32,000 bases of DNA from Ideonella sp. (GCA_016702655.1 JADJDO010000001.1:489316-521315), one strand, 5' to 3'; positions 9,595 to 18,867 are shown, counted from the first letter of the stretch. Program-made: numbers and translations. Notes: generated by a model not told the origin, from the letters alone.

Positions 9595-9882
9595 CTACTT
9601 CTTCGCCGGCAGCGCGGCCTTGGCCTGTTCGGCCGTCTTGCCGCCGATCTTCCGGCAACTGCCCTTGGCGACGTACTTCCAGTCCTCGGGGCTCGCGTCG
9701 GCCTTGGACTGGCCGGCGCAGGAATGCGTGCCCGACAGGTTGGCGCAATCGTTCTGGCCCGCCTTGGCGATGCCGTAGCACTTTTCCTTGCCCGCCGGGT
9801 CGGCGGCGGCGGCGTTGCCGACGAGGCCGAGCGCCATCACCGAGGCGAGCGCCGACGAAGCGATGAGCTGATGCTTGTTCAT
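9595..9882 (-). CDS. bufA: DUF2282 secreted Cys-rich peptide (bufferin-type RiPP precursor, BufA-like)
   Basis: [81 protein letters not shown].... Sec signal, four Cys in the EKCYG / NDCA / SCAG / GSC pattern, AGAGGG RBS. Intact. Confidence 0.8.
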   Translation of the reverse strand: MNKHQLIASSALASVMALGLVGNAAAADPAGKEKCYGIAKAGQNDCANLSGTHSCAGQSKADASPEDWKYVAKGSCRKIGGKTAEQAKAALPAKK

Positions 9883-11186
9883 GCTGAAAGGACCCTCTTG
9901 CTGTCGCGGCCGTTCGGGAGCGGCCATGCGGCCCAGATTATCCTGCCCCCGGCGCAAGCTTGCCGAAGCCCCCGCCCCCGGGCGTCTCGATCACGAACAC
10001 GTCGCCGGGTTCCATCGGCGTCGAGCCGATGTGGGCCAGCGTCTCGACACGGCCGTCGGCGCGCTCGACGCGGTTGATGCCGACCGCCCCCGCCTCGCCG
10101 CCGGCGAGGCCGAACGACGGCACGACGCGGCCGTTGGACAGGATGGATGCCGTCATCGGCTCGAGAAAGCGCACCCGGCGCACGCCGCCGTCGCCGCCGT
10201 GCCAGCGCCCGGCGCCGCCCGATCCGGCGCGGATGGCGTAGCTGTCCAGCCGCACCGGGAAGCGGAACTCGAGCACCTCGGGGTCGGTCAGGCGCGAATT
10301 GGTCATGTGCGTCTGCACGACGCTGGTGCCGTCGAAGCCGCCGACGAGCCGTCCCTCGGCGTCGAAGATGCCCCCGGCGCCCGAACCGCCGGAGATCGTC
10401 TCGTAGTACTGGTGGCGCTCGTTGCCGAAGGTGAAGTTGTTCATCGTGCACTGGACGGCCGCCATCACGCCGAGCGCGCCATAGAGCGCGTTGGTGATGC
10501 AGCTCGACGTCTCGACGTTGCCGGCGACGACCGATGCCGGCGGCTCGGGGTTGAGCATCGAGCGCGCGGGGATGATGACCTTGAGCGGCTTCAGGCAGCC
10601 CGCGTTGAGCGGAATGTCGTCGCCGACGAGCGTGCGAAAGACGTAGAGCACGGCCGCCATGCAGACCGCCGTCGGCGCGTTGAAGTTGTTCGACAACTGA
10701 GCAGAGCTGCCGGTGAAGTCGATCTCGGCGCTGCGCGCGGCCGCGTCGACGCGGATCGCGACCTGGATCTGCGCGCCGTTGTCGAGCGGCAGCGTGAACG
10801 AACCGTCCTTGAGCGCACCGATGACGCGCCGCACCGACTCCTCGGCGTTGTCCTGCACATGGCGCATGTAGGCTTGCACGACAGGCAGGCCGAACTGCGC
10901 GACCATCTTGCGCAGCTCTTGGGCCCCCTTCTCGTTGGCCGCGATCTGCGCTTTCAGGTCGGCGAGGTTCTGCTGCGGGTTGCGCGACGGATGCGCGCCG
11001 CTGGAGAGCAACTCAAGCAGTTCCGCTTCGCGCAGCCGCCCGGCATCGACGAGCTTGAAGTTGTCGATCTGCACGCCCTCCTCCTCGATGCGGGTCGAGA
11101 ACGGCGGCATCGAGCCGGGGAGTCACGCCGCCGATATCGGCATGGTGTCCACGCGAGCCGACGTAGAACAGGATGCGCGCGCGCGA

Positions 11187-11296
11187 GCCCTCACCCCGGC
11201 CCTCTCCCGCAAGCGGGAGAGGGTGTGCTCCTCCCTCTCCCTCCGAGTGAGGGCGACTTCCTCCCTCTCCCCCCGGGAGAGGGTCGGGGTGAGGGC
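11187..11296. repeat. 110-bp nested-palindromic REP/MITE-like element inserted inside the hydantoinase B domain
   Basis: 22-nt terminal inverted repeats GCCCTCACCCCGGCCCTCTCCC / GGGAGAGGGTCGGGGTGAGGGC (21/22 match). Internal hairpins CCCTCTCCCGC-aa-GCGGGAGAGGG (11200-11223) and CCCTCTCCC-ccc-GGGAGAGGG (11263-11283). Confidence 0.75.
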
Positions 11297-13276
11297 CATC
11301 CGCCCACACCGGCGTCACCACGGTCACGTCGGGCAGATGCGTCCCGCCGTGATACGGGTCGTTGAGCACGAACACGTCGCCCGGCTGCATGCGCCCGGCG
11401 TTGCGCGCGATCACGGTCTTGATCGACTCGCTCATCGAGCCCAGGTGCACCGGCATGTGCGGCGCGTTGGCGATCAGGTTGCCGTCGGCGTCGAAGAGCG
11501 CGCACGAGAAGTCGAGCCGCTCCTATCGAGGTGGCGTCGCCCGCGCCCACCGCCTCGACCGACACCGCTTCGACGACGAGCGCGCGCGACTGCATCAGGA
11601 AGGCAAAGCGCTGCAGGTAGGCAGCCTCGAACGCGGCCCGGATGGCCGCGTCGTCGCCGAACGGGACCACGAGTGCCGAGTCGGTGCCTTCGTAGCGCAC
11701 GTGCACGCGCTCGTGCACGCGGGAGCTGCCTCGCGCGCGACGCCCTGGCGCAGCAACTCGTCCCCGGCCTCGCGCGCGAGTTCGACGATGCGCCACGGCC
11801 GCCGGCAGTGCCGACGCGAGCGGCTGCTCGATCGTCGCCTCGCGGCTCGCGCTCTGGTCCGCGAGGCCCATGCCGTACGCCGACAGCACGCCGGCGAGCG
11901 GATGGGCGAAGACGCGGCCCATGCCGAGCGCATCGGCAACGCGGCAGGCGTGCTGGCCGCCAGCACCGCCGAAGCACTGCAACGTGTAGCGCGTGACGTC
12001 GTAGCCGCGCGCGACCGAGATCTTCTTGATCGCGCCGGCCATGCTGCCGACGGCGATGTCGATGAAGCCCTCGGCCACCGCTCGGCCGAGCGCTTGACGC
12101 CGGTGGCGCGCGCTCGATGTCGGCGGCGAGCGCGGCGAACTTGGCGGCAACGACCTCGACGTCGAGCGCCTCGTCGGCATGCACGCCGAACATGCGCGGA
12201 AAGAACTCCGCCTGGATCTTGCCGACCATCACGTTGGCGTCGGTCACCGCGAGCGGCCCGCCGCGCCGGTAGCACGCCGGCCCCGGATTGGCGCCCGCGC
12301 TGTGCGGCCCGGCGCGAAAGCGCGCGCCGTCGAACGATTACAGATCGAGCCGCCGCCGGCAGCGACGGTGTGGATGCTCATCATCGGCGCGCGCATGCGC
12401 ACGCCGGCGACCTGCGTCTCGAACGCGCGCTCGAACTCGCCGGCGAAGTGGCTCACGTCGGTCGAGGTGCCGCCCATGTCGAAGCCGATGACGCGATCGA
12501 ACGCAGCGAGCCTGAGCCGTGCGCACCATGCCGACGATGCTGCCCGCGGGCCCGGACAGGATCGCGTCTCTGTTTTGAACGCATGCGCATCGGTCAGCCC
12601 CCCCGATGACTGCATGAAATACAGCTTGACGCCCGGCATCTGCCCCGCCACCTGGTCGACGTAGCGGCGCAGGATCGGCGACAGGTAGGCGTCGACGACC
12701 GTCGTGTCGCCGCGGCCGACGAGCTTGATCAGCGGGCTCAGCGCGATGCGACACGCCGACCTGCGGAAGCCGACCGCGCGCGCGATCCGCTCGGTTGCCG
12801 CCTCGTGCTGCGTGTAGCGCCAGCCGTGCATGAAGACGATCGCCACGCTGCGCAGCCCGGCATCGAACGCCGCCTGCAACTCGGCCTGCAGGTGCGCCTC
12901 GTCGAGCGTCTCGACGATCTCGCCGTTGGCGCCGACGCGCTCGTGCGCCTCGACGACGCGCGCGTACAGCAGTTCGGGCAGCACGATGTGGCGGTCGAAG
13001 ATGCGCGGCCTTTCCTGGTAGCCGATGCGCAGCGCATCGCGAAAACCGCGCGTCGTGACGAGCAGCGTCGGCTCGCCTTTGCGTTCGAGCAGCGCGTTGG
13101 TCGCGACCGTCGTGCCCATCTTCACGCACTCGACGCGCTCGGGCGTGATCGGCTCGCCGTCGCTCAGCCTCAGCAGGTGGCGCATGCCAGCGACGGCCGC
13201 GTCGCGGTACTGCTCGGGGTTCTCGGACAGCAGCTTGTGCGTGACGAGGCTGCCGTCGGGCGGCGGCCGACGATGC

Positions 13277-13314
<38 letters not shown>

Positions 13315-13682
13315 TTTATTGGCTGAAAGGCTTATATTATTTGACATTTCTGTGTTTACACGGTGTTGACACAGCAGAATCCTGTGTACATCAGAAACGC
13401 ACACCTGCGTTGGAATTGACAAGCCATTGACACGAACAGGCGTCGCAACACGGCAGCTACACTTCTGCCGAGCGCATCTGAGCAGCACAGCGCAAGTGGT
13501 CCAATCCAACCCCACGGGTCACGCCATCGGGACTCTCAATGGTGCCATGTATCGTCATCAGCGAGCGCAGCCCCGTAGTGTCATGCCCACCTCGCTAATC
13601 ATCTGATGCCCACGTGCCTGGACACAGCACCGGACTCGGCCACCATGGATGGCCAATTTGACGTAGCTCAAGAGGAGCGTCC

Positions 13683-14066
13683 GTGGAAATCGTTGTTGGA
13701 ATCGTCGTAGTCGTCGTACCGTTTATCGTCATTGGCAAGCTGAAGGGCGCACCCGAACCCACGACGATGTCGGACGCAGCCATCTTTCAACGCCTGCAAA
13801 CCGAAACGCCTGGATTTCAAAGTACCTGAGCCAGCCACTGGCAAGTCAACAGAGTGAGTCTCTGAAGCGGACGTACAACGAAAAGACGGAGTACATCAAG
13901 AGCCTCAAGATGCAGCTTGTGCAGCGCCAGATGGCGCAAGGAACGCATGCTGTAGATGCAGAATTGGCTCCAATCTTGGCCCGCGCTGCTGAACTCGCAA
14001 GGGGCGGCATGTCAGAAGCAAGCTCATGCCTCTGCCCTAAGCGAGTGGAGTGAACGGACCAAGTGA
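13683..14066 (+). CDS. Hypothetical membrane-anchored coiled-coil protein (about 127 aa; interrupted by two compensating 1-nt indels in this sequence)
   Basis: AGAGGAG RBS then GTG at 13683. MEIVVGIVVVVVPFIVIGKLKGAPEPTTMSDAAIFQRLQTE | AWISKYLSQPLASQQSESLKRTYNEKTEYIKSLKMQLVQRQMAQGTHAVDAELAPILARAAELARGGMSE | KQAHASALSEWSERTK. Frame changes at the A-run 13804-13806 and near 14016. The total span is exactly 384 nt and the stop overlaps the next start as GTGA. Start and reconstruction are inferred. Confidence 0.45.
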
Positions 14067-14541
14067 GAGCGCCTGCACAGCGTTCCGAAGAACAGGCCCA
14101 GTGTTGTTGGGCTTTGGCGAATAGCTATCCTCGAAGCCGCATCGCGTCTGCTCGACACGCACTCTGCCGAGGTATTCCTACCCTCGATGTTCTTGCTCTT
14201 GCACGCACTCGAACTTCATCTCAAAGCCTTCCTCATCTCTCAGGGTATGAGCGATACCCAACTCCGGAGCGTCGGTCACGATCTGCTGGCTTGCCTTCGT
14301 GCATGCAAGGAACGTGGACTGGCTTCACATGTGGCTATCGCATGGGTCGATCTGCTGCAGATCGCCCGCCTGAACGTGTATTACAGGCGGAAGGAACTGG
14401 AGTACTTCGTACCCAAGGCAAAGAACTTCGGCAGCGTTGATCGACTGACTGGAGACTGTTGGTCGGATTGCGAAGGCCGTCTTCAACCCCGTAACTGCAG
14501 AATCCTTCCGCACTGTCCAGGAACGGAACTTAACCCGGTAG
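14063..14541 (+). CDS. Hypothetical all-helical, HEPN-like protein (about 158 aa; two 1-nt insertions in this sequence)
   Basis: VRAPAQRSEEQAQCCWALA | IAILEAASRLLDTHSAEVFLPSMFLLLHALELHLKAFLISQGMSDTQLRSVGHDLLACLRACKERGL...YFVPKAKNFGSVDRLT | ETVGRIAKAVFNPVTAESFRTVQERNLTR. The A.E..LKA.L...G......H.L..L pattern resembles HEPN, but the motif is RSVGH (R-x3-H), not the canonical Rx4-6H. Frame changes near 14120 and 14452. Confidence 0.4.
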
Positions 14542-14558
14542 ACATTGAGGGCCAACAC

Positions 14559-14971
14559 ATGATCGAAGAGAAAGACGTCACCACGACCGCAATTTCCGAT
14601 GTGTTCCGCGCAGCGTTTATGGACGTTCAAGCTACGGATGCAGATAGCTTCAAAGTGAAGGGACTGCAGTTCCCTTTCCAACTGAACGTGCGTGTAGAGC
14701 CGGAGCACAAACTCATTTCCTTCATCGACTTCAACCGCCTGAATCGCATTGGAGAAGCAGATGCGCTTGTTCCCTGCAACGAGGCCAACAAGAACCTTGG
14801 CCCTGCACGCTTCTTTCTCATTCAGCAAACGGATTGCTCGCTGTCACTCACTACCAGATGACGTTTGAAAGAGGCGTCCTTCCATTTCACGTGGTGACGA
14901 GCTTCCGCACATTTGAGTATTGCGCGGGCTCAGCAGTTCGAGGTCTATTTAAGGACTACATCCTTCCCTGA
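14559..14971 (+). CDS. Hypothetical YbjN-like (type III secretion chaperone-like fold) protein (about 137 aa; one 1-nt deletion in this sequence)
   Basis: GAGGG RBS then ATG at 14559. MIEEKDVTTTAISDVFRAAFMDVQATDADSFKVKGLQFPFQLNVRVEPEHKLISFIDFNRLNRIGEADALVPCNEANKNLGPARFFLIQQ | NGLLAVTHYQMTFERGVLPFHVVTSFRTFEY.... Frame change at the A-run 14827-14829. Family assignment is from pattern memory only. Confidence 0.4.
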
Positions 14972-15091
14972 GATCGGGGGCGGCGCATCACGATTCACGC
15001 ACGCAGACCGTCACCGGCAAGCGGCAACGATCCATCGTTGGAACGTCCCCGAAATTCATCAATTTCCTGCACGCCTGCTACCTACGCCAAT

Positions 15092-15334
15092 TCACGTCGA
15101 CGCCTCTCGAAGCAGCAAGAAGTCATGTGTATGGCTCTGGATCGACGTCACGACCGACGCCTGCTGTAGCTGCCCGAGCTTCTGCCGCGACTTTTGCATA
15201 TCCAGCCGCTCCGCACCTGCATCCGCTTGTGCCTTCATCTGCTTCGCCCTGTCCTTCGCCGCCTTGGCGTTCGCCTTCATCCTCTTTACACGTTGCTCGG
15301 CCGCGTTTGCAGCCCTAATTTCGTCTAGCCTCAT
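15092..15334 (-). CDS. Hypothetical small basic coiled-coil protein (80 aa)
   Basis: GGAGG RBS then ATG at 15334. MRLDEIRAANAAEQRVKRMKANAKAAKDRAKQMKAQADAGAERLDMQKSRQKLGQLQQ... Confidence 0.4.
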   Translation of the reverse strand: MRLDEIRAANAAEQRVKRMKANAKAAKDRAKQMKAQADAGAERLDMQKSRQKLGQLQQASVVTSIQSHTHDFLLLREAST

Positions 15335-15387
15335 GACGCCTCCGATTCTGTACATCGTATTTATCGGCGTACAGCAGTGCCACGCGA

Positions 15388-15552
15388 TCACTTGACCAGC
15401 GTAGGGATGCTGATCACATTGCCGCGCCCGTACTGAGCTTCCATCAGTTGCTTGGCCTCGATCGGGTTGCTTGCGCTTGTCTGCGCCCACACAGCCATCG
15501 TGCCGCTGCCGCTTGCGCTTCGTACCCGAACCGTCGCCTTGTATGTCCTCAT
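15388..15552 (-). CDS. Hypothetical small protein (54 aa)
   Basis: AAGGAG RBS then ATG at 15552. MRTYKATVRVRSASGSGTMAVWAQTSASNPIEAKQLMEAQYGRGNVISIPTLVK. Confidence 0.45.
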   Translation of the reverse strand: MRTYKATVRVRSASGSGTMAVWAQTSASNPIEAKQLMEAQYGRGNVISIPTLVK

Positions 15553-15762
15553 CTCACCTGCTCCTTCGCACCTGAACATCCATCGTCGCGGATGCATCTG
15601 GCAACGCCTACCGCGCCCGTCGATGCTGGCGCTGTTCAACGTTGAGACCGGCATCACCGCTTTTCCCAGTCAGCGTCTACGCACCCCAGATCGGCGCTGA
15701 CCTCGGTCTGCGTTGAATACGCTCGTACGGTCCCTGCCTGGGAACCGTACTGGCCACCTGTA

Positions 15763-16224
15763 CTAGTTGGCCCGCGCACCCGTCTTGACTGTCTTGCGCT
15801 TGAACGCTGTACCTAGCGACGTGCTGGCCGCCTCGATGAGCGCATCCAGTTCGCCAGCTTCTGCTGCATCGCGCACGCTCTGAAGTGCCTCGACAAGCTC
15901 TTTCATCGTGGCCACTTCAATGGCCGGCTTGCCCTTTGCCAGTTCCAGCGGCTTCGTGCCGTACTGGATCGAGAACAGAAGCTTGCCGTCGCTGGTCTTC
16001 CACCACCACTGCCTGACGCTAGCGGGCACCAGTTGACGACTGCGCCGACCGTCAGCGTCCACGACAACGCGAGGACGCTTGGCCTCGAAATCCTTGCCTT
16101 CGATCTGGGCAGTTGCCAACCCGATCTGCTCGTCGACTTTGGCAACGACCCGTTCGCGTCGGATGTCCGCAACCGTCTTCCGGCGACGCACTGCGGAAAC
16201 CAGCTTTAGCTTTGCGAGTTGCAT
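15763..16224 (-). CDS. Conserved hypothetical island protein (153 aa; resembles a family I recall as DUF6641-like, unverified)
   Basis: Intact ORF: MQLAKLKLVSAVRRRKTVADIRRERVVAKVDEQIGLATAQIEG...VRQWWWKTSDGKLLFSIQYGTKPLELAKGKPAIEVATMKELVEALQSVRDAAEAGELDALIEAAS. Confidence 0.55.
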   Translation of the reverse strand: MQLAKLKLVSAVRRRKTVADIRRERVVAKVDEQIGLATAQIEGKDFEAKRPRVVVDADGRRSRQLVPASVRQWWWKTSDGKLLFSIQYGTKPLELAKGKPAIEVATMKELVEALQSVRDAAEAGELDALIEAASTSLGTAFKRKTVKTGARAN

Positions 16225-16428
16225 ATCACTTTCCTTTCTGCCTTCATTTCACATGATGCAATTTTGCGCGACGGCATATGCGGCGTCTAGGCGAAAGAGA
16301 CTTGATCTGAAAGCGTTTGGGGCCCTAATACACACATTTTTGCTAAATACTCACAATATAGTGAGATTTTAATATGTTCAACAACAACTTTTCGCCGCCA
16401 AAGCAACGCTGCGCCATGCAATGTCAGG

Positions 16429-16872
16429 ATGCTTAATCGTTACATGCCGTGGATCGACTACATGCTTACGATTACATTCGGCAAGGGCGACATGCGCACA
16501 CTACCTAGCGCTGAGCAAGCACATAAACAACTACGTCACCTTGGATCGACACTGAATAGCTCAGTGTGGAGCAATAAGGGACGGTTCAACGACAAATGCT
16601 GCATTCTGTACGTGCCGATCATAGAAGGCAAACATACAAGTACGCGCATTCATGCTCACGTACTGCTTGGTAATGTCAGATCGCAAAGCCGAGTCCATGA
16701 GCACATGTGCAAGTACATACCGCAGTCTGAGTGGATCACAGCACGATACGATCTGCGCAGCGTCTACGATCCTGACGGCATTGCTTGGTATCTTGCAAAA
16801 GAAACAGATAAGATTAACGTAGATGCGATAGCATGGGAGCTTGCGTCTATACCAAAACCACTGCTTCCATGA
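16429..16872 (+). CDS. Hypothetical protein with a possible HUH motif (Rep / inovirus-Gp2 / YagK-like?)
   Basis: ...CILYVPIIEGKHTSTRIHAHVLLGNV... (H-u-H) and ...VYDPDGIAWYLAKETDK (candidate catalytic Tyr). An upstream ATG at 16374 (MFNNNFSPPKQRCAMQ..) could be the true start if a +1 indel lies near 16425. Confidence 0.45.
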   Translation: MLNRYMPWIDYMLTITFGKGDMRTLPSAEQAHKQLRHLGSTLNSSVWSNKGRFNDKCCILYVPIIEGKHTSTRIHAHVLLGNVRSQSRVHEHMCKYIPQSEWITARYDLRSVYDPDGIAWYLAKETDKINVDAIAWELASIPKPLLP

Positions 16873-17458
16873 TAATTCTTGCTGCGTAAAGGCCGAACAG
16901 AATGTATGGGCCGCACTGAGAGGTCAAAAAAGGACCAGCCGCCAAGGTCAGTGCACAAGGTGAGATGAAAATTCGAGAAATTTCATGAGCATCTATATGC
17001 TCATTGCGCTAGCTATTGTCTAAGAGTTCCACATTCAGTCAACATTCACGACAGATCGTTCAAGATATTAAGTATGTACATATTCGAGCAGACCATAGCT
17101 GCAAGTCAAATGATCAAGGACTTATAAATACATAGGTAGATATGGATGCAGGCACAAAGCATGGAAAACGCACAACTGATGAACGCGCGAGCTGACGCTA
17201 TACACACAATGGCGCCGCTAGCGCGTTTTTTTTCGCCGTCAGCATGTACGGTAGCGGGGTAGAGGTTTGCGCGCTGCAGCGGATTGCCTGCGCTGCGCCA
17301 GCTGTTGCAGCTTCATCCCGAATACATCAAGAAATACACAAAAAATTAGGTAATGCGCTAAGTGCTTGAAATCATTAGCCTGCAGTGGCTGGTGCGCCCG
17401 GTTGTCCAGGTGCGACATCAGAAAATACAATTAGATACGTTCAAAAGTGAGGTTTGAG

Positions 17459-18025
17459 ATGAAGCAAGCAAAGACACTGACGCCGCAAGAACTGCGGCAA
17501 GCGCTGGGACAGACAGCACTATCGCGGCATGCTGCGCGCGACAAGGCCATGCTGCTGTTGACGCATCTTGCGGGGATGCGGGTAGGGGAAGTGGCTGCGC
17601 TGCACGTGGGCGACGTGTTGGACGCCGACGGCAACGTCAAGGGCGAACTGCGCTTGGGTGCGCACCAAACCAAGGGCAATGTCGGCCGCGTCGTGTTCAT
17701 CAACGACCGCTTGCAGAAGGAGCTTGCTGTCTACGCTCGTACGCTGCGATCCAGAGATGCAACGTCGCCGTTCTTCATGACGCAAAAGCGTACCAGGTTC
17801 AGTGCGAACACCCTGACCCAACACTTCGTCGCTCTGTATAGGAAAGCCGGCCTCGAAGGGGCCACATCCCATTCTGGTCGTCGTACTTTTATTACGAACT
17901 TGGCCGCGCAAGGGGTTTCAGTACGGGTACTGGCTGCCCTTGCCGGTCATCGCTCCATTCAAACGACGCAGCGGTATATCGACGTTAACGACAACATGCT
18001 GCGTCGTGCCGTAGAGCTGGTCTAG
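17459..18025 (+). CDS. Small tyrosine recombinase (188 aa, catalytic domain only; FimB/FimE-sized)
   Basis: Intact. LAGMRVGEVAAL (Arg), TKG, SHSGRRTFITNLA (HxxR), LAGHRSIQTTQRYIDV (H...Y). The ATG at 17459 is preceded by GTGAGG. Confidence 0.85.
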   Translation: MKQAKTLTPQELRQALGQTALSRHAARDKAMLLLTHLAGMRVGEVAALHVGDVLDADGNVKGELRLGAHQTKGNVGRVVFINDRLQKELAVYARTLRSRDATSPFFMTQKRTRFSANTLTQHFVALYRKAGLEGATSHSGRRTFITNLAAQGVSVRVLAALAGHRSIQTTQRYIDVNDNMLRRAVELV

Positions 18026-18369
18026 CAAGTCGTTCTTGCATCCTCTGCACAGAATCCCACTTCATCGCCTTCCTCGACTATGCAGTGCTCAATTACTGGA
18101 GACTCAGCCAGTGTGAAGTGAGCTTCCTGCGAAAGCTGATCCAATAAATGTCGTACATCTTTATGTCGAGCAGCAATATCCACGTAAGTCGCAAATACAC
18201 CCTTGCCGTCAAGGTAGTCGATCAAATCGCGTGCTGTTGGGTTGACATTGAACTCAGTAGCACCCATTCGATCTAGAAGTATCTGCAGCTCACATTCAGC
18301 TAGCGACACCTCGCGGATACGCTGCAGCACTTGGGGCTGTCGCGTCCTATATCGTAGTTTCAGTTTCAT
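18022..18369 (-). CDS. Hypothetical protein (115 aa), convergent with the small recombinase gene and overlapping it by 4 nt
   Basis: GGAG RBS then ATG at 18369. MKLKLRYRTRQPQVLQRIREVSLAECELQILLDRMGATEFNVNPTARDLIDYLDGKGVFATYVDIAARHKD... Confidence 0.5.
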   Translation of the reverse strand: MKLKLRYRTRQPQVLQRIREVSLAECELQILLDRMGATEFNVNPTARDLIDYLDGKGVFATYVDIAARHKDVRHLLDQLSQEAHFTLAESPVIEHCIVEEGDEVGFCAEDARTTC

Positions 18370-18395
18370 TGAAGAACTCCAGTTGTCCAGTTGAC

Positions 18396-18422
18396 GTGCA
18401 GCAGGCCATCGGCCTGCTGCAC
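18396..18422. promoter_or_regulatory. Perfect 12-bp-arm palindrome in the 64-nt spacer between two co-oriented genes
   Basis: GTGCAGCAGGCC-atc-GGCCTGCTGCAC. No U-run follows on the minus strand, so it is not a classical intrinsic terminator. Confidence 0.4.
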
Positions 18423-18433
18423 ATATTGAACGC

Positions 18434-18867
18434 CTAGTGCTTGTCGCTATTGCGTGCTGCAATATTGGCGTCCATGATGGGACGAATGTACGCATCGAAT
18501 TGGCCTGCTAGCGCGTCCTCCGCGAACGCACGGCAGCCCGCTCAACGCATCTGCATCCAAACCTTGCATGTATGTGCAGCCGTCGAAGATGCCATCGAGC
18601 CACCGATTACCGTACTTCATACCCACCGTACACACCAGGTCCTTGCTCCTTGTAAACAAGGTCCGGCCGCTCACAACTACTGGGGTCACGCAGGTAGGCA
18701 AGGTTTGCTAGCAGCTTATCTGCAACGCTTTTTCGTGCGTCGTCGATAGTGTGACGCTTGCTGCGTACGACCTGCACTTGCTTTACTGCTTTGGCCATCG
18801 GTGCTAGCTTCGCATAGCGCGCCATGTAACCCGCACCGAAGACACCATTGTGATTTTGAGTAGACAT
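18434..18867 (-). CDS. Hypothetical protein (about 145 aa; two frame breaks), possibly a distant relative of the 15763-16224 product
   Basis: MSTQNHNGVFGAGYMARYAKLAPMAKAVKQVQVVRSKRHTIDDARKSVADKLLANLAYLRDPSSCERPDLVYKEQ | DLVCTVGMKYGNRWLDGIFDGCTYMQGLDADALSGLP | AFAEDALAGQFDAYIRPIMDANIAARNSDKH. Frame changes near 18640 and 18530. Confidence 0.45.

Noticed and set aside
11187-11296. Repeated GGGAGAGGG/CCCTCTCCC units as a CRISPR-like array
   Set aside because: It is a single 110-bp nested palindrome with terminal inverted repeats. There are no regularly spaced direct repeats with unique spacers.
16985-17023. 12-codon hydrophobic mini-ORF (MSIYMLIALAIV) whose start is buried in an 8-bp hairpin, as a possible type I toxin
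   Set aside because: It is shorter than known type I toxins and has no Shine-Dalgarno sequence or identifiable antisense RNA. It cannot be supported from sequence alone.
17239-17430. 63-aa minus-strand ORF in the AT-rich spacer
   Set aside because: It has no RBS and odd composition, and it sits in a tract that reads better as regulatory or non-coding DNA.
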